From positions 5,332 through 69,331 of the forward strand of contig CAVEXN010000009.1 in assembly GCA_963620035.1 (NCBI GenBank): DNA of 64,000 nucleotides, written 5' to 3'. The DNA comes from Oscillospiraceae bacterium. GTDB lineage: Bacteria; Bacteroidota; Bacteroidia; Bacteroidales; WCHB1-69. Shown in pieces: positions 61,316-64,000 of the stretch. The translations under genes and the position numbers were made by a program. The notes under the pieces are model-generated. The model made no database searches. It was given only the letters and a program-made list of their open reading frames with translations, and was not told where the DNA came from. Positions within the stretch are counted from its first letter, which is position 1; each line of letters begins with the position of its first letter.

Positions 61316-61340
61316 CACGTTTTTTTCAAATTTTTCAATT

Positions 61341-62945
61341 ATGCGTAAAAATTTCAAGATTCCTCACACTTTTACTATCGTGTTTGTCCTGATTGTTGTG
61401 TGTGCTGTGCTCACTTGGATTGTACCGGGCGGCGAGTTTGATAGGCAGACCGTTGTGGTGGATGGTCACGAAAAGAGTGTTGTTGTGGCAGATTCCTATC
61501 ATCATACCGACAATAACCCTCAGACCTGGCAGATATTCACCGCCCTCTTTAAAGGCTTCAACCGGACTTCTGACATTGTCGTGTTCATCTTGATGATTGG
61601 CGGCGCCTTTTGGGTGATGAACGAGACCAAGGCTATCAACAAGGGCATTTATTTCTTCTTAAGTAAAACAGAAAAGATACAGCAACTACCGTTCTTTCGG
61701 AAAGTCGGGGTGAACAATCTGCTCATAATTGCTATAATGTTGTTGTTCAGTATTTTCGGTTCAGTGTTCGGTATGAGCGAAGAGACGATTGCCTTTGTCG
61801 TGATATTCATACCGCTGGCAATATCTATGGGGTATGATTCCATAGTCGGGGTACTGATGTGCTATGTGGCTGCGCATGTCGGCTTTGCAGGCGCAATGCT
61901 CAATCCGTTCACCATAGGCATAGCCCAAGGACTCTCAGGATTGCCAGCATTCTCTGGAATAGGATACCGCTTTCTTTGCTGGGCAATCCTGACTCTCTCA
62001 GCTGTTGTTTTCACTCTGCTCTATGCCCGAAGAGTGAAGAAAAATCCCGAGAAGTCGGTGATGTACGAGTTGGACCAGTATTGGCGCGACCGCAGCGAGC
62101 GGGTCAGCGTTGACCAGTCCGTTGAGAAATCGACGCTCCCGGCGTATGTGGTCTATGGCATTGTTACTGCGGTATTGGTTTACTGCGCATTCGCACTGCC
62201 GGAGACGTCTTTGAAAGTGGGATCCGCTTCTCATCCGATTGTGCTGTTTCCCGTTCTGGCAGCGTGCTTTGTCGTGCTTGGCTTTTTCGCTGTACGCAAA
62301 TCGGTGCATCATTTTATTCTGGTGCTGCTCCTGTTTACGGTCCTTGTCTTGGTTGCTGGCGTGCTGGGTTATGGCTGGTATGTGATGGAAATTGCCGGGC
62401 TTTTCTTTGCGATGGGGCTGGCAGCCGGACTGGCATACGGTTTTCCACTCGACAAGGTGACCAGACTCTTTCTGGACGGATGCAAGGATATTCTGGTGGC
62501 GGCACTGGTTGTAGGCTTGGCCGGCGGGATCATTGTGATATTGGAAGACGGAAGGATCATCGATACTATTCTCTATGCCGTTTCTCAATGTTTTGGCGAT
62601 TCGGGCAGAATTGGCGCTACAGGTGTGATGTATGCGATGCAGAACCTGCTCAACCTCATCATCCCTTCAGGCTCCGCCAAGGCCGCACTGACGATACCTA
62701 TGATGGCCGAATGGTCGGACCTTATGGGTGTGTCTCGGCAGCTTACCGTTTTGGCGTTCCAGTTCGGCGACGGGTTTACGAATATGATTACCCCGACATC
62801 GGGCGTGCTTGTCGGTGTGCTGGGCGTGGCCAGAATCCCATATTCCACATGGTTCAAGTTTATTTGGCCTTTTATTGTGGCATTGATTATTGCGGGGTTC
62901 TTCTTGCTGCTGCCCCCATTGTTTATGTCGTTTGTGGGTTTTTAG
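61341..62945 (+). CDS. YfcC / DcuC-like anaerobic C4-dicarboxylate-carrier family transporter
   Basis: About 535 aa polytopic protein. N-terminus MRKNFKIPHTFTIVFVLIVVCAVLTWIVPGGEF is typical of the YfcC family. Confidence 0.75.
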   Translation: MRKNFKIPHTFTIVFVLIVVCAVLTWIVPGGEFDRQTVVVDGHEKSVVVADSYHHTDNNPQTWQIFTALFKGFNRTSDIVVFILMIGGAFWVMNETKAINKGIYFFLSKTEKIQQLPFFRKVGVNNLLIIAIMLLFSIFGSVFGMSEETIAFVVIFIPLAISMGYDSIVGVLMCYVAAHVGFAGAMLNPFTIGIAQGLSGLPAFSGIGYRFLCWAILTLSAVVFTLLYARRVKKNPEKSVMYELDQYWRDRSERVSVDQSVEKSTLPAYVVYGIVTAVLVYCAFALPETSLKVGSASHPIVLFPVLAACFVVLGFFAVRKSVHHFILVLLLFTVLVLVAGVLGYGWYVMEIAGLFFAMGLAAGLAYGFPLDKVTRLFLDGCKDILVAALVVGLAGGIIVILEDGRIIDTILYAVSQCFGDSGRIGATGVMYAMQNLLNLIIPSGSAKAALTIPMMAEWSDLMGVSRQLTVLAFQFGDGFTNMITPTSGVLVGVLGVARIPYSTWFKFIWPFIVALIIAGFFLLLPPLFMSFVGF

Positions 62946-63781
62946 CGGCTGTTCTTGTATTCTTCGGCATAGCGGTAGAACTTCCGCGCCATTTCCAAAT
63001 TATGCCTGCGTTCGGCCTCCCGTGCAATGGAGAGGTAGGATTCATACACCCCTTCGCGCGAACGGAGTATGCCGCGGTAATAGTCGTCGTTGCAGTATCC
63101 TGTCGGCATGTTAGAGCAGAATTGCTCCAAGGCGAAGAATACTTCCAACGCATCCGCCGAGCGGTTGCATCGGGCCAGCGAGTCCCCGATATGGTAAAGA
63201 TTGTCGTAGAGTTCCAGGGTGAAATCGGAGACGTCACGCTCTTGTTGCTCTGTCAATGTCGGCAGAATGTAAATGTCGTGGATCAGCGAGACGCTCTCTT
63301 TGTAATGGCCCATAGCAAGACTCATCCTGGCTTTCAGCAAGAGAGCCTCAGGATTGCCCGGGTTGTATTGTAGCGCGCGGTCTATGTTGTAAAGCGCAGA
63401 CGATGTGTCATGGAATAAGATCACCTCGACGGCACGTTCATAGAAAATGTCGTCCACATGCGCTTTCAGCGCCGACAGCCGTTGCTCCGCTTTGTCTGCT
63501 TTGACCGCAATCTTAAGGAATGCGGCTTTGGCCTCGTAATAGTCAAGGTGCATGCATCTGTACAAGTATGGAAGGTCCGTGGCCCTGAACCGGTCAATTT
63601 CTTTCCGAATGTCTTGCAGGAAGAGATAATGAAGGCTTATCAGTTCGGGATCCTCATAGTTGAGTTTGTCAAGACGATTCCCCCATTGGCGGAATGTCGA
63701 GTATGTGCTGTCGCACTCATGCTGTGCATGTAAACTCGACAGAATGATGCAGAATCCGGCTATTATGATGTGCTTTTTCAA
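62942..63781 (-). CDS. Secreted TPR-like repeat protein, uncharacterised
   Basis: Signal peptide MKKHIIIAGFCIILSSLHA, helical repeat composition. Apparent TTG start 3 nt after the upstream thioredoxin stop. Confidence 0.5.
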   Translation of the reverse strand: MKKHIIIAGFCIILSSLHAQHECDSTYSTFRQWGNRLDKLNYEDPELISLHYLFLQDIRKEIDRFRATDLPYLYRCMHLDYYEAKAAFLKIAVKADKAEQRLSALKAHVDDIFYERAVEVILFHDTSSALYNIDRALQYNPGNPEALLLKARMSLAMGHYKESVSLIHDIYILPTLTEQQERDVSDFTLELYDNLYHIGDSLARCNRSADALEVFFALEQFCSNMPTGYCNDDYYRGILRSREGVYESYLSIAREAERRHNLEMARKFYRYAEEYKNSR

Positions 63782-63784
63782 CGG

Positions 63785-64000
63785 CTATTCGCTGAGGAAA
63801 TCGTCAAAGGTTTTTGTCAGTTCAGGTTGCGAAACATAGCCGACCATTTTTTTCGGTTGGCTCGTACGGTTGAAAAACAACAGGGTAGGGATATTCGTGA
63901 TGCCAAATGCCTGACACACGTCTTGCGTTTTGTCCACATTGACAGAATAGACGATGATTTTGCCTTTGTACTCTTTGGCGAGGCTTTCCAAGACCGGCTT
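63785..64000 (-). CDS. trxA: Thioredoxin (3' part only; gene continues past the window end)
   Basis: KPVLESLAKEYKGKIIVYSVNVDKTQDVCQAFGITNIPTLLFF matches the thioredoxin region downstream of the active site, including the cis-Pro IPT. Confidence 0.75.
   Translation of the reverse strand, partial: KPVLESLAKEYKGKIIVYSVNVDKTQDVCQAFGITNIPTLLFFNRTSQPKKMVGYVSQPELTKTFDDFLSE

Overview
This 64 kb window reads as a gene-dense core chromosomal segment of a Bacteroidales (Bacteroidota) genome, about 50% GC. I infer the lineage from three things. The -7 promoter box TAnnTTTG recurs in front of most transcription units. Two Bacteroidota synteny blocks are present: rpmG-DUF4295-ftsY and bamD-rpoZ-coaBC-DUF4835-recN. 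Several proteins carry type IX secretion (T9SS) C-terminal sorting domains.

I call about 60 protein genes. Most are housekeeping: ftsY, ispH, purH, ung, a class A PBP, ppdK, dapD, ppiD, dnaX, coaBC, recN, xseB, trmD, surE, ftsE and gyrB. The rest are envelope or secreted proteins. There are three tRNAs: Val-CAC, Pro-CGG and Leu-TAA. One 51-codon gene (DUF4295) falls below the ORF-track cutoff.

I see no CRISPR array, integrase, transposase, phage module or recognisable defence island. The window is mostly ordinary.

The most unusual feature is dnaX. Its N-terminal frame stops 9 codons after an A6G tract (A-AAA-AAG, the same heptamer as the E. coli dnaX slippery site). The tau-type C-terminal half continues stop-free in the +1 frame. 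This is either an assembly indel or a recoding site with the reverse polarity of the E. coli scheme.

Secondary items:
- an uncharacterised secreted two-gene cassette at 57.3-59.5 kb, whose large protein ends in a thioredoxin-like fold with an ECSAC motif, behind a long leader
- a pseudoknot-capable intergenic element upstream of tRNA-Leu
- a lipoprotein-M23/LysM-FG-GAP operon
- a gingipain-like C25 protease
- tandem small OMP paralogs

All family calls come from motifs read by eye. No database search was run.
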